A stretch of 64,000 nt of DNA, from positions 54,403 to 118,402 of the IMG/VR virus record IMGVR_UViG_3300028797_000006, one strand, 5' to 3'. Within the stretch, counting starts at the first letter, position 1. The number at the start of each line of letters is the position of its first letter. Origin of the DNA: a virus. Lineage: Duplodnaviria; Caudoviricetes. Below the pieces are notes generated by a model. It did not search any database. It saw only the letters and a list, made by a program, of their open reading frames with translations, and was not told the origin of the DNA. Made by a program: the position numbers and the translations under genes. This document shows, one piece after another, positions 53,339 through 63,906 of this stretch.

Positions 53339-53776
53339 TTAGTTAAGTAAGTTTTTCTTTGCTTCAAGTTCGGCTAATTTTCTTTGGCGTTTTTCTTCAA
53401 TCTCTGCTTGTTTCTTTGCCTTTTCTTCTGCCTTTGCTTTTTTCTTGGCTTCTTTTTCGGCATTTTCTTCGTCAAAGGTTGAGGCTTCAATGAATGGGTC
53501 GTAGTCAATACTCTTAATAGTTGTCTTAATTTCTCAACTAAAACTAAAATCGCCTGGTTCATTCTCTGCTACGATGACGATACCATCCTTAGTTTCGACA
53601 ACATCAAATTCATCCCCATACATATCAATGAGGTCTTGTTTGAATGCGGCGACACCTCTCTTACGAAGGATATTTCTTTGTGATTGTTGAATTGTGTTAG
53701 CACCTGTTGCTGTGGTATTTGTTTCAAACTCTGTTTGTTCTACTTCTCTTAAAAAAGAACTAAAATTGTTTTCCAT
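53339..53776 (-). CDS. hypothetical protein with Lys/Glu/Ala-rich tail (one TGA=Trp)
   Basis: Read-through FSFS(W)ELKTTIK..EKEAKKKAKAEEKAKK to TAA at 53339. Confidence 0.65.
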
Positions 53777-53944
53777 TTACATCTCCTATCAAAACAATAA
53801 AGTATCTTATCTATCCAAATATCTTTTATACCTAACAAATAATTATAATAGTTTTATTTTGAATGGGCAAGCAATTTTCGTAATTTTTATTAAAAAATCC
53901 ACCTCATAGAGATGGTTTTTATATAACTTATCAGTTCTACTTAA

Positions 53945-54598
53945 TTAGTCAATTCTTGCCCATCTATATCCACCGGCTTGATTTCTTTTACCATTACAAA
54001 CCTTTGTAATAGAACTATTATCAATGCCTGTTTCGCGGGCTGCGGCCGCAATGCTTGTATATTCCTTAACCAATTCTCCACCTAAGGTAAATTGTGCTAC
54101 ACCTTGTCTTTTATTGCTCACTCTTAATGGGTAAGTTTCTTTCGGATCGGTCCAAGTTCTACCTTGGTTAATATCTTCTACTGTGCTTAATCCTACATCG
54201 AATTGTTTAGCAATCTCTGTTAAACTCAAATTTGTATTTTTAATTAGATTGCGAACTTCCTCGCCTTTATCAAATAATTTATCAGTTATTCTTTCAAACT
54301 TTTGAGCACTAATTAACGCAGTATTATATCCGTTTGGTTGAAGAGAATTGTAATATAAAATCCAATATTCTTCTCTATTATTTAAGAACTTTTCATCGCA
54401 TTCTTCAATTACTTCTTTTGAAAAATTATTCCAACCATATTCTCTAATATCTACACTTAATGGTCTATTATAAGCAGGCCTATTTTCATAGAAAGCCTCA
54501 TTAAATTCTTCTTGCCATCTTGTTTCGATATGAATAGATTGACCGATATAAATCTTTCCGTTGATTAGGTTTGTAATTTTATATATTCCACATTTCAT
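53945..54598 (-). CDS. GIY-YIG homing endonuclease with NUMOD1 HTH
   Basis: CGIYKITN..YIGQS..PNGYN; EYTSIAAAARETG..AGGYRW. Confidence 0.88.
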   Translation of the reverse strand: MKCGIYKITNLINGKIYIGQSIHIETRWQEEFNEAFYENRPAYNRPLSVDIREYGWNNFSKEVIEECDEKFLNNREEYWILYYNSLQPNGYNTALISAQKFERITDKLFDKGEEVRNLIKNTNLSLTEIAKQFDVGLSTVEDINQGRTWTDPKETYPLRVSNKRQGVAQFTLGGELVKEYTSIAAAARETGIDNSSITKVCNGKRNQAGGYRWARID

Positions 54599-54700
54599 AC
54601 CTTATTATACACAGGTTGGACAGATAAATCAAGAATTAGGTAATAAAAAATCCACCTTTTGATAAGATGGATTTTATTTATGAGTGGAATTATTTCTTAA

Positions 54701-54946
54701 TTAGTCAATGAAGTAGACTTTGTAAGAGTGCTTACTTCCACATGTTGGGCAGACATCTTCTCTGTCTTCTTTGTGGATAACAACGCCTTCACCTGGGAAT
54801 TTGTCAGCTTTTTTGCTGATTGAGGTTAAGACTGCTGGTTTAATTCCTAATTGTGCAGCTGATAATGGTGTTCCTCTATTTGAACGGAGGACTTCAAGAG
54901 CTGCCATTTCGTTTTCTGTGTAAACGAGTTCTGTTGCTTTTGCCAT
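54701..54946 (-). CDS. small wHTH-family paralogue with CxxC
   Basis: YTENEMAALEVL..VYFID. Confidence 0.65.
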   Translation of the reverse strand: MAKATELVYTENEMAALEVLRSNRGTPLSAAQLGIKPAVLTSISKKADKFPGEGVVIHKEDREDVCPTCGSKHSYKVYFID

Positions 54947-55147
54947 TGTAATTTTTTCCTTTTCTTATAATAAGACTGGTCATTGGTTGAAACGCCATCG
55001 CCACTTGAAGGCTGACCATTGATGGCTTGGGGCAATCCCGCGTATACTGTCGTGGCCTTAGACAATATTATTTGATTACCTTTAATACTTTATTATATGC
55101 TAATCTTTGAGGTCTGTCAAGAAACTTTTCAAGATTTCCAAGATTGG

Positions 55148-55738
55148 TTATTTATTTTTCGTCCGCATCGACGCCTTTTCAACTTCGTGTCGGCAACGAT
55201 CACTCCACAATTCTTCAGGTATAAAGTAAGTTCTTGCTCTTCGGCAACTATCCAGGACACTATAATCACCCTTGCGTAGTAAACCGCAACTCTCCAAGTA
55301 ATCAGTATCTTCCGATATGCTATCCTTATTCATCATTAACTTTAATGCTATACTCATCCTTGCGTGCGTATATGAACCTAAATTGCGCATCGCCCAATAA
55401 TAGAGGTAAAGGTATAAGCGCACGATCGTTTTCTTCTCTCGCGTCGACCTACTTTTTACAACCTCATAAAGCTTGTCCCAAACCTCAAACGGCATCAATA
55501 CCACAAAACCTTCGAAAAACCGCACTTCCCGATGTATATCCCTTATTCCCCTGTATGTCTTTCGGTCAATACCAAAATAAGAGCGCATCTCCTTATCGTT
55601 CTTCTGGGTAGTTAAATAATAGATATAATTCATATCAAAATCAATCAACACCTGAGGGGATATATTCCTAATAAACCCGCAAGTATAGTAAAGATTCTCA
55701 TTATGTTTCATATCTCCTGATGGGCTGAGTTCAAACAT
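55148..55738 (-). CDS. putative replication initiator-like wHTH protein
   Basis: LYLYL..IALKL..SIS..YLESCGLL; next to an AT-rich noncoding region. Confidence 0.45.
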   Translation of the reverse strand: MFELSPSGDMKHNENLYYTCGFIRNISPQVLIDFDMNYIYYLTTQKNDKEMRSYFGIDRKTYRGIRDIHREVRFFEGFVVLMPFEVWDKLYEVVKSRSTREKKTIVRLYLYLYYWAMRNLGSYTHARMSIALKLMMNKDSISEDTDYLESCGLLRKGDYSVLDSCRRARTYFIPEELWSDRCRHEVEKASMRTKNK

Positions 55739-56157
55739 ATCCTCAGTTAGTGGTATTACTTGATTTCAATTTGTAGTCATATTGGTAGTATAGGGTAGTT
55801 AAATGGTACTGTCAAGATTTTTAAGATAAAAGTGGGGAATAACTGTGTCACTTATCATAATATAATAGAGAACATTTTTATCTTCCCGATAATGATTTTT
55901 GATTTAGTAGTTTTATATCTCAATTAACTTGTGATAAAGAAATTATCTTTTTCGAGCGCAGCGAGAGATGAGCATCTTTAGATGCGAATGTTGGGGTTAA
56001 GGGGCTTGCCCCTTATCATAGGTAGCCCAAGTTCTCTATGAAGCTCATTGACCTTGAAAAACCGCAACTTTCCTTTAGATTTCCCAAAAGCTCAATTCCA
56101 ATCCCGATAACTCGTTTCACTCGTTTATCGTAACGTGCGTCCCACTAACGTGCGTAA

Positions 56158-56358
56158 TTACTTTTCTTCTTTACTATTGTTTCTTTCCATTAACTCGTTC
56201 GCTCCGGCTTGAGGCCTACGCTCACGAGAGGTTGAAAAATCAAGGGTTACTTCGTTATCCTGATTAACCTGTATGTTCACCTTTAGTGGTTCTCCATTTA
56301 TAGTGATGTTAGCCTTTTTCAAGGTTCTTGCTAAATGTTTAAGTTCTCTTATCGTCAT
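56158..56358 (-). CDS. hypothetical protein
   Basis: MTIRELK ORF. Confidence 0.5.
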   Translation of the reverse strand: MTIRELKHLARTLKKANITINGEPLKVNIQVNQDNEVTLDFSTSRERRPQAGANELMERNNSKEEK

Positions 56359-56987
56359 AACGTGTGTATTGTGTATCCTTCTAAATCGTGCGTTCTATGC
56401 CAACGGCTTAGCACGATTTCCCGAGCCGAGAGAGTCGATTGTATACTTTCCCTCATAGTAGTATAGGGAATAACTAAAGGATTGGCAAGGATTTTTTCTA
56501 TGTAAACCGCATTCTTTTTACTATTGGGATTAGTTGAATGAGGCTCATTTTTCTTCACGGTTATAGGGATTTCTAAAGGGAATATGGGATGTCTAAAGAA
56601 CTGCGCGGACACTTTGTGTCCTTGCTGCGGTCAAAGTCAGAAGAAATGCCGCCCGCGATTTTATTGAATTTGTAGCTTCTAGCGTTTATATTACGTGGAT
56701 TTCTTAAGAAAAACGTTTAATTTTTGAATTTTTTATGCCAAATTGTCATATTTTTCAGTAGAATTATATAAAAAACTGTATAATTATTGCTTTTTTATGC
56801 GACATTATATAGGATTTTATATAAAAACTATGGGATTTCTAAAGAGACTATGCGGTTTCAGTGAAAAAGATGCGCACTTTAATCAAAAATAGCTTGTATA
56901 ATCCGAAAAAGATATGGTATAATAAATTGGAACAACAAAATTTTGTGGATTTATTTTCAAATAAAAAAAGAATCCAAGTGGATTCTT

Positions 56988-57836
56988 TTACATTGGTAGT
57001 TTATCTCCGAACTGGAGCTTGAGGTCCTGACAGGCTTTTACAAGGATTTGTCTGACGCGCTCTCTGGTAAGGGTTGGAGTAAGTAGCCCGCCGATTTCCT
57101 CAAGAGTGTGCTCCTCGAAATACATTTGCGGATCACCTGGTTCTCCAAGTCCAAATCTAAGTTTGAAGATTTTCTTGGTGCGGTCATCGAGACTGCCGAT
57201 AATCTTCATAGCGAGTTCGTGTTGAGCGTTTCTTTCCACATACTCGGTTGGTGTTTCGGTATGTGTGTCCTCACATAAGTCTTCAAGGGTGTTGTCCTCT
57301 TCATCGTTAATAGGTGTTGAGAGGCTGACTGTGTTTTGCTTCCAGCTCATCAAGTCATTATAGTCCTTGATATCCATACCAAGTTTCTTAGCGACTTCTT
57401 CGGAGCTTGGTTCTCTGCAGAGGTCAGCTGTGAGTTCTTCACGAGCTTTTCTTTCTTGATTAAACTTTTGAACGATATGAGCAGGGATACGGATAGGTCT
57501 GCTTTTATCAATTATGGATTTTGTGATAGCTTGTTTAATCCAAGGAACTGCGCAGGTTGAGAATCTGTAGCCAAGTGTGTAGTCATACTTTTCTACTGCG
57601 GTAATGAGTCCAGTAGTACCTTCAGCGATTAAGTCTTCTAAGCTCATATTGTTATATGAATTTTTGAAAGGCTTAGCTATTGATACAACGAGTCTAAGGT
57701 TGTGCTTAATCATTAACTGACGAGCATCTTCATCGTTCTCATCTTTGATGCGGCGACCAAGCTCGAGTTCCTCTTTTGCTGTAAGTAATCTATAACTTCC
57801 AATTTCTTTAAGATAAATTGATAGTGAATTGTCCAT
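56988..57836 (-). CDS. RpoD-like sigma-70 family RNA polymerase sigma factor
   Basis: YLKEIG..LLT, NLRLVVSIAK, DLIAEG..GL, YRFST, RPIRIPAH, TLEEIG..TRERVRQI. Confidence 0.95.
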   Translation of the reverse strand: MDNSLSIYLKEIGSYRLLTAKEELELGRRIKDENDEDARQLMIKHNLRLVVSIAKPFKNSYNNMSLEDLIAEGTTGLITAVEKYDYTLGYRFSTCAVPWIKQAITKSIIDKSRPIRIPAHIVQKFNQERKAREELTADLCREPSSEEVAKKLGMDIKDYNDLMSWKQNTVSLSTPINDEEDNTLEDLCEDTHTETPTEYVERNAQHELAMKIIGSLDDRTKKIFKLRFGLGEPGDPQMYFEEHTLEEIGGLLTPTLTRERVRQILVKACQDLKLQFGDKLPM

Positions 57837-57929
57837 AATAATAATCTCCTTCTTAACTTATATATATAATTATACTACATAACTCCCAAGTATTCAAGAA
57901 GTTTTTTAGCTAGTTGGAAAAATTATCCT

Positions 57930-58202
57930 CTACCAAACATCTTCAGAGTAGAGGCAGGTTCCATTAAAGTCATCACTGATTATTTGGTTTGCCTGCTTGG
58001 CGATGACCGCGGCCTCATAGCGGCTTACGAACCTATCACGGTTAGTGACAAATCCTTCTACTGCGGTCACCTTATCGTATTTGATGCCGTCTAAATACAT
58101 GCGGCGTAATGCGTCACAATGGCGTTTTCCAGTGTAAATACACCAGGCGTCCATATCGTCAAGACGGTGGAACTTAATTGCTGAACAAATGACTTTCTCC
58201 AT
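57930..58202 (-). CDS. conserved-type phage hypothetical protein
   Basis: ICSAI..GKRH..GFVT..RFVSR.EA..LYSEDVW. Confidence 0.7.
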   Translation of the reverse strand: MEKVICSAIKFHRLDDMDAWCIYTGKRHCDALRRMYLDGIKYDKVTAVEGFVTNRDRFVSRYEAAVIAKQANQIISDDFNGTCLYSEDVW

Positions 58203-58203
58203 A

Positions 58204-58356
58204 TTAGTCCTCCTGATTACGGTGTTTACGCTTGCGGGTATATTTAGTGCGGTCGCGGAAAATATTCATACGGTTTCGTTTTTGTATGTTGAAATGAAAT
58301 TCATTACGAACCTTGGCCGGATCGACTTTAATATGGATTGTTTGCTTGTCCGCCAT
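58204..58356 (-). CDS. 50-aa basic protein, ArfA-like C-terminal motif
   Basis: MADKQTIHIK..IFRDRTKYTRKRKHR; GGAGG RBS and promoter. Confidence 0.55.
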   Translation of the reverse strand: MADKQTIHIKVDPAKVRNEFHFNIQKRNRMNIFRDRTKYTRKRKHRNQED

Positions 58357-58584
58357 AATATTTTCCTCCTTTTATTTTATATAAATATATTACACCCAGC
58401 TTCTGGGTTTGTCAATAGTTTTTTAGATTACTCCTGCTATTAGGACGTCTAAAGGGAAGATGCGGTTCAACCGGACTTATGTCGAATAAATCGACGAAAG
58501 TCGCATAAAATAATTTTAGTTAAAATTATATTTACAAAGTGCCTGCGATGTGGTATAATACCAGACGGAATAATTTTTATAAAC

Positions 58585-60200
58585 AAAAAGCACTCCATTT
58601 GGAGTGCTACGCGATCTAATGCTCATTTCTCATACCCGAGAGCTAGGGTAATTATGCGCTACCTCCCGGCAAGGAGGTTGCCCGTTATTGCCGTAACAGG
58701 ACTTCTACTATACGATAGTAGCCAACGACTGGCTGTAACGTTTGCCACCGGTGCCGCTTTCTTAGGGTTTCTTGTCGTAACCCTGCTCCGGTCTCACTAG
58801 CTGAATCCAGGGCGGTCAACTCCCCAGCGTCTTACTCAACCATCAGGTGCCTCCAGGAGGTCGACTCCTGGATTTTACGAGTCTGCTCGAAGCGCAGTTT
58901 AATGTGGTACACCCCACTGACCGATGAGGTTTTTTTAACGAGTGTTTCCCTACTCACTCGGTTGTCTCCTCTTGAGACATAGTCAAGTCGTGTATCGTTA
59001 CTACCCGGCGGCTTTACAGTGTGCCACACACTTCTGGTTTCACCGCAACCACCAGCAAGGAGTACTACGCCCGAGTCCACAGGTGTCGTCAGCACATCGT
59101 CGACCCTAGACGATTTTGTCGTCACAGGTCGTTGCTACACGGTTAGTTTTCTAGGCACTAACACTCGCCATCGGAGTTATCCTATTCTCAGCCATCGGCT
59201 CCTCAACTTGCTTTAGACAAATTGTCTGGTAAAGCGTAGCGTCCCCGGTCCTGCCGGCCCCAGCTCGCATCACAGTGGGGAAGAGTTGCAGATTACCCGT
59301 CTGCCTCTCGCTTCGGGGAGTTTAAGCCCGTGCTCGGCGAACTTCGTTCTCAGGTACGTTGCCCCGGTCTTGTGACTGCCGGTCATTGGGTTCCAGCCCA
59401 CTGCTGTTAATTAGTTGTTTTCTACAATGATGAGAGTGTAGTCTCTGGCCGACATATTCCCTCGACCCGTTGGTATGCTTTGATAATAATCGGGCGTTTA
59501 GCTCCTTAAACCCTTTGCCGGATAGATGCCGGCACCAGGACGTCCCGTTTTTATGGAGGTTGTACCCCTCGCAGCCGTCCCGACCGCAGGTCCATAGACC
59601 CCATGTGGTACTGCTTTCGTACGGCACAATGCCCGGTATCGTACCACTGAATGGATAACGTTTCCAAGCCCAGACACTCGACACGGTCTGGCGCGGCAGC
59701 CTTGCTTGCTCCATCACTGCTTAGGAGACTAACATACTATACCCCATCAGTTAGCCTAAGGGTTGCAGGCCATCAGCCTGCTGGGTACCTTGTACGGATT
59801 ACCAAACGTCCGCCAGCAGATCGATTCCCGTTTCGACGGCTTTCGCTTTCTCACCTGGTTACTGCTGGATGGGAGTTATGAGACCTCGGTGGGAGTTGCA
59901 CCCAATAGATGCTCTGTATCTACCAGACTCGTACATTTTTCGAGTCCACCGCGACCCTGCTGAGGGAGGCCATATCGTTGGAAGGAGTGGCCCGTGACGT
60001 GGGCCTTACGGCTATCTTCTTTGTTTTTTAGAGTGGAGTATACGCCTAGCAGGGAGCTGTTCCACTGGATTTTATTTGTTGGATTATTTCACTAATCTAA
60101 GGATGTGAGTAGTTTACAGACGTGCTCAGGTTGTCGCTTTCGCGTGTCCCAGTATGACGGTCTGGTTCCGTTGGCCCCGCATTTGGGCTAGAGTTTTTAA
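58585..60200 (-). ncRNA. giant (~1.6 kb) GC-rich noncoding transcript candidate
   Basis: TTGACT-N17-TATAAT at ~60228-60256; terminator AGCACTCCA/TGGAGTGCT-TTTT; dense hairpins; no ORF with RBS or phage-like codon use. Confidence 0.65.
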
Positions 60201-60262
60201 GACTTTTATCTTTGTCCTTATATAATAATTATACTCTTGTTTTCCCGTTAAGTCAAGGAGAA

Positions 60263-60526
60263 TTAGTCATTGCTGACTAATTCATAGACCTTGGCGGATT
60301 TCTTGACGGAGCCGACTTTAACGCCGTTGTAGATTACATCACAAGCGTATTCGACTTCCTCATCAGCCTTGACGATACCTTTCTTGATTAAGGTATTGAC
60401 TGAACCAGACTTGAAGTTAAAACCTTTGAAGTAGTTTAATTCAAATAAGGTTGCCTTTCCACCGTTGTCCTTTAATGCCTTACAGAAGGCAGTTTGGGTT
60501 TCATTCATTGACCATTGTTTTTCCAT
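60263..60526 (-). CDS. small wHTH-family paralogue
   Basis: W..NETQ..LK..ATL.EL..FKSGSVNTLIKKG. Confidence 0.7.
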   Translation of the reverse strand: MEKQWSMNETQTAFCKALKDNGGKATLFELNYFKGFNFKSGSVNTLIKKGIVKADEEVEYACDVIYNGVKVGSVKKSAKVYELVSND

Positions 60527-60837
60527 TTTTAATTTTTCCTTTCTTCTTTTTTGATAATATAATTATACCATATCTTTTTGACCTGGTCAATAAGTTTTTC
60601 AACTTAGTTCCAAATCTTTTTGATTAAGTAATAACTTATTATCTTTCTTTTCTTATACTATAATTATACTATAGCTTTTTGACTTGGTCAACATAATTTG
60701 CAGTTTCTCCTGCTGCTTTTGCACTAGTGGACCTTATGTGCAAAAAATGCACAGAAGTAGCAAGACGACCCACGATCGGATCGGCCTAAAAAATAAGTTC
60801 CAATTTATTATAACATATCTTTTTGACTTAGTCAATA

Positions 60838-61630
60838 TGAAAGCGCTTACATCCGTCTGCTTTCCGTCTGGTATTTGTAAGCGCTTACATTAGCACGCGA
60901 AAAAAGTTGCTCGATCGAGCAACTTGGTTATTCCGTCTGCCGTAGGGCTATCGGTTATTCACCGATAGCGTAGGTAGCGACTTCGACATAGACAGTCTTA
61001 GCGACTTTCTTGGTGCCGACTTTCTTGATAAGTCCAGCAGCGAGCATAGCGTTGGTTGTGCCGGTTTTGACTTCGACACCTGCGGCGTTGCTGATTTCTG
61101 CGAGGGTCATTTCTCCGTCTGCTTCCTTAAGGACAGCAAGGACTTTCTCACGAATTGGGTTCATTTTGATTTTGATTTCTTTAGACATAATTTCTTTTCT
61201 CCTTCTTTATATATATATTATATCATTTTTTCGGGTTGAGGTCAAGTAGTTTTTAACTAACTTTTTATTTAATTTTTAACTCCTTTCCCTTACCTTACAT
61301 ATATAATTATACGCCTAAACTTTCACTATTACAAGACCCAAATGAAAAAGTTTCGATCAATTCTAACTTTTTATTTGTCAAGTTGAAACCGCTTACATCC
61401 TGCTGCTTGTAAGCGCTTACATTCCGTCTGGTGACCCCTTCGGGGCCCCTTCCCCGAAGCACATTTTGGGCCGGAAGTCAAGTAGAAAGCGCTTACATTT
61501 TATATCAAAATATCATTTTAATTTTGATATAATTTATTTGTCAAGATGAAAACGTTTACATTTTTATTTCGCAAACCCAAAAATTTTTTAGAAACGCGAA
61601 ATAAGATTTGTCAAGATGAAAGCGCTTTCA
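60838..61630. promoter_or_regulatory. cluster of 7 cre/LacI-type palindromes TGWAAGCGCTTACA
   Basis: At 60838, 60876, 61384, 61408, 61484, 61547, 61617. Confidence 0.75.
60955..61188 (-). CDS. small wHTH-family paralogue
   Basis: VLAVLKEADGEMTLAEIS..TGTTNAMLAAGLI. Confidence 0.75.
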   Translation of the reverse strand: MSKEIKIKMNPIREKVLAVLKEADGEMTLAEISNAAGVEVKTGTTNAMLAAGLIKKVGTKKVAKTVYVEVATYAIGE

Positions 61631-61729
61631 TGCTGCTTTAGTGAAAAAATACTTGACAAACCCCGTTCCGTCTGCAAGCAGACGGACTTTCCGTCTGCGA
61701 AAAAGAGCAGACTTCCGTCTGCCCGTTTC

Positions 61730-62344
61730 TTAGGCACTGGCCAGAGCCAATGCCTTCAACAATATCGCCAATTCTATTTTGCTATCTTCAAGGGCTGTGT
61801 GTTCTTCGGTGTAATCCGTCTGCCCAGTGAGATATCTAAATACCGTTTCGGCTTTCGCTTGTGGTCTTGGTTTCTTGTGCTTGGTCATAAACCCATTCCG
61901 TCTGCAGAATTCCTTATACTCTTTTGTAGAGGTGATATGTGGGTCGGTTAATCCTTTCCAAATATCTTTAATTCCGTCTGCGGTAGGATTACTCTTAATC
62001 CCAAGTTTTTCGCAAGTCTTGGCGATAGCACGAGTATCAAAGCGAGAGTTATAAGCGTAAATTCCGTCTACCTTATATTTATTCATATCTCTCTTTAACA
62101 TACGCAACGCATACGCCCACTTAATTTTCTTACAATATCCGTCTGCTAATCTCTTGTGATAGATAGGCAACTTGTCGGCATAGTAAGCAGTTTTCATTTT
62201 GCGTTCATCATCAAAGATTTCACTAGTGATGTAATCACGGGTTTTAATAATTCCGTCTGCGTCATCATAGATGAGATAACCTAAATCGTAAACTGATGGG
62301 TCAAATACTCCAAGGGTTTCGGTATCAAGTACTAATAATCGCAT
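61730..62344 (-). CDS. DEDDh 3'-5' exonuclease
   Basis: LVLDTET, AYNSRFD, EEHTALED. Confidence 0.85.
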   Translation of the reverse strand: MRLLVLDTETLGVFDPSVYDLGYLIYDDADGIIKTRDYITSEIFDDERKMKTAYYADKLPIYHKRLADGYCKKIKWAYALRMLKRDMNKYKVDGIYAYNSRFDTRAIAKTCEKLGIKSNPTADGIKDIWKGLTDPHITSTKEYKEFCRRNGFMTKHKKPRPQAKAETVFRYLTGQTDYTEEHTALEDSKIELAILLKALALASA

Positions 62345-63240
62345 TTTTCCTTCCTTCCTTTGATACATATATTATAACATAATCAACTACTGATTACAAG
62401 AGGCAGACTTTAAGTTCCGTCTGCCAGGGAACAGCAGTTTATTTCCGTCTGCCAATATCGGAGAGGGCTTGGTTTATACAGGATTAACCATAGGTCGCAA
62501 TCACCCACGAACTGACCGTTCTATTCTATTTCCTTTTCTGTTTTTGAGGGACAGCGGTGTGTTGAATTAACCTTTCCCTTTTGATGATATAATTATATCA
62601 TATCTAAGTATTAAATACAATACCTATTTAAGAATTCCGTCTGTGCCGGTGATTACGCGTTTCACTCACTCATTACTCTGCCGTTTCCGTCTGCCCGACT
62701 AGTTCTTGGGCTACATAGATACCGATTTTGCGACCCACATCTTAGGTCTTATCCGTATTTTTCCGTCTGCTACGCAATTCGATACTTTACATTGTGGTTA
62801 AACGGAACTCTTAAATAAGTGGTAGACTTTTTCATTCCGTCTACCAGGGAATGATAGTTCAGATTACAAACCTTCTTTTTGTTTGGAAGAAAGTCGTTTA
62901 ACTAACAACTCGCATATAGAAACCAAATATTTCCGTCAGTGGAGCATAACCGCTATCCTAGGTCAGGTTATGCTTATACTCCCCAGATTATCCGTCTGGC
63001 GGTCGGAGGTCTTCTTATTCTACAAATTCCTAAACTCATCTGGTTTCTTTACAAAGCCAGCAAAGTGTAGCCCGTTTTCACTCACGTGGAACAATGATTA
63101 CGATAATCCCGTCTGCCGTTGTGGCTCGCAGCGAACCGTCTGGGTGTTCCCATTAGACAAGGTAGATGAAGGTAAGAGAGAAGAACTCCGTCTGCCCTGT
63201 CTAATGGGGGAACGGGTTGCCCCGTTCCGTCTGCCCTTAG

Positions 63241-63495
63241 TTATTTTAAGCGATAGGTTTTTGCTGGGACTTTTCTTTCGCCAACTTTTGTGCCACGATA
63301 GAATTGTTCGTAAACGATTTCTCCGTCTGCACTTTCAACCAATTCTCTCATATGAGCATTATTGATTGTGCCTGTTGCGAACTTAATACCCTTATCAATC
63401 TCAATGTCTTTGAGAGTTGCTCCGTCTGGGTAGTCCTTTAAGACCTCTAAGAACTTTGCTTGATTTTCGTTTGGTGTCCAAGATTTTTCTGCCAT
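63241..63495 (-). CDS. small wHTH-family paralogue
   Basis: WTPNENQ..LEVLK..ATL.DI..FATGTIN. Confidence 0.7.
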   Translation of the reverse strand: MAEKSWTPNENQAKFLEVLKDYPDGATLKDIEIDKGIKFATGTINNAHMRELVESADGEIVYEQFYRGTKVGERKVPAKTYRLK

Positions 63496-63693
63496 AAATT
63501 TTTCTCCTTCCTTATCTTGTTATAGATATTATAGCATAACTTGATTTGATTTTCAAGTGGTTTTTATCAGTTTCCGTCTGCCGTTCTCTCTTGTCGGTGT
63601 GAGAGTTTTTAGTTATCACCTTTTCTTTACATATATATTATACCATTTTTGAAGATGGCTGTAAAGCGTTTCTTTTGACTTTCCGTCTGGTCG

Positions 63694-63906
63694 CTACCTT
63701 ATGATTTGATACATATAGCAACGACCGACATCATACGCTTTTCCGTCTGGGTCATCAAGAACTCTAATTAACATATGTTCTTTTCCGTCTCGCCCAGTGT
63801 ATTTAATATGCTCACTTGCTTGACTGATAATCCATTCACGGCATTCCGTCTCAGTTCCTTCAAATAAGACTGGACTATCTTTCTTTTGGTAATATATAAC
63901 TTTCAT
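63694..63906 (-). CDS. hypothetical protein
   Basis: MKVIYYQK after GAGG RBS. Confidence 0.55.
   Translation of the reverse strand: MKVIYYQKKDSPVLFEGTETECREWIISQASEHIKYTGRDGKEHMLIRVLDDPDGKAYDVGRCYMYQIIR

Noticed and set aside
58832-59963. ORFs listed inside the GC-rich tract (also 49498-50069, 45149-45376 and ORFs overlapping tRNAs)
   Set aside because: No RBS, atypical composition; expected by chance in GC-rich RNA genes
48590-60200. rRNA or group I/II intron identity for the giant noncoding tracts
   Set aside because: No universal rRNA motifs apart from the anti-SD-like loop, no interrupted host gene, no domain V/VI recognised
62883-63365. 160-aa plus-strand ORF (and 61616..61951)
   Set aside because: Antisense to the local gene direction and built from TCCGTCTG repeats; no RBS
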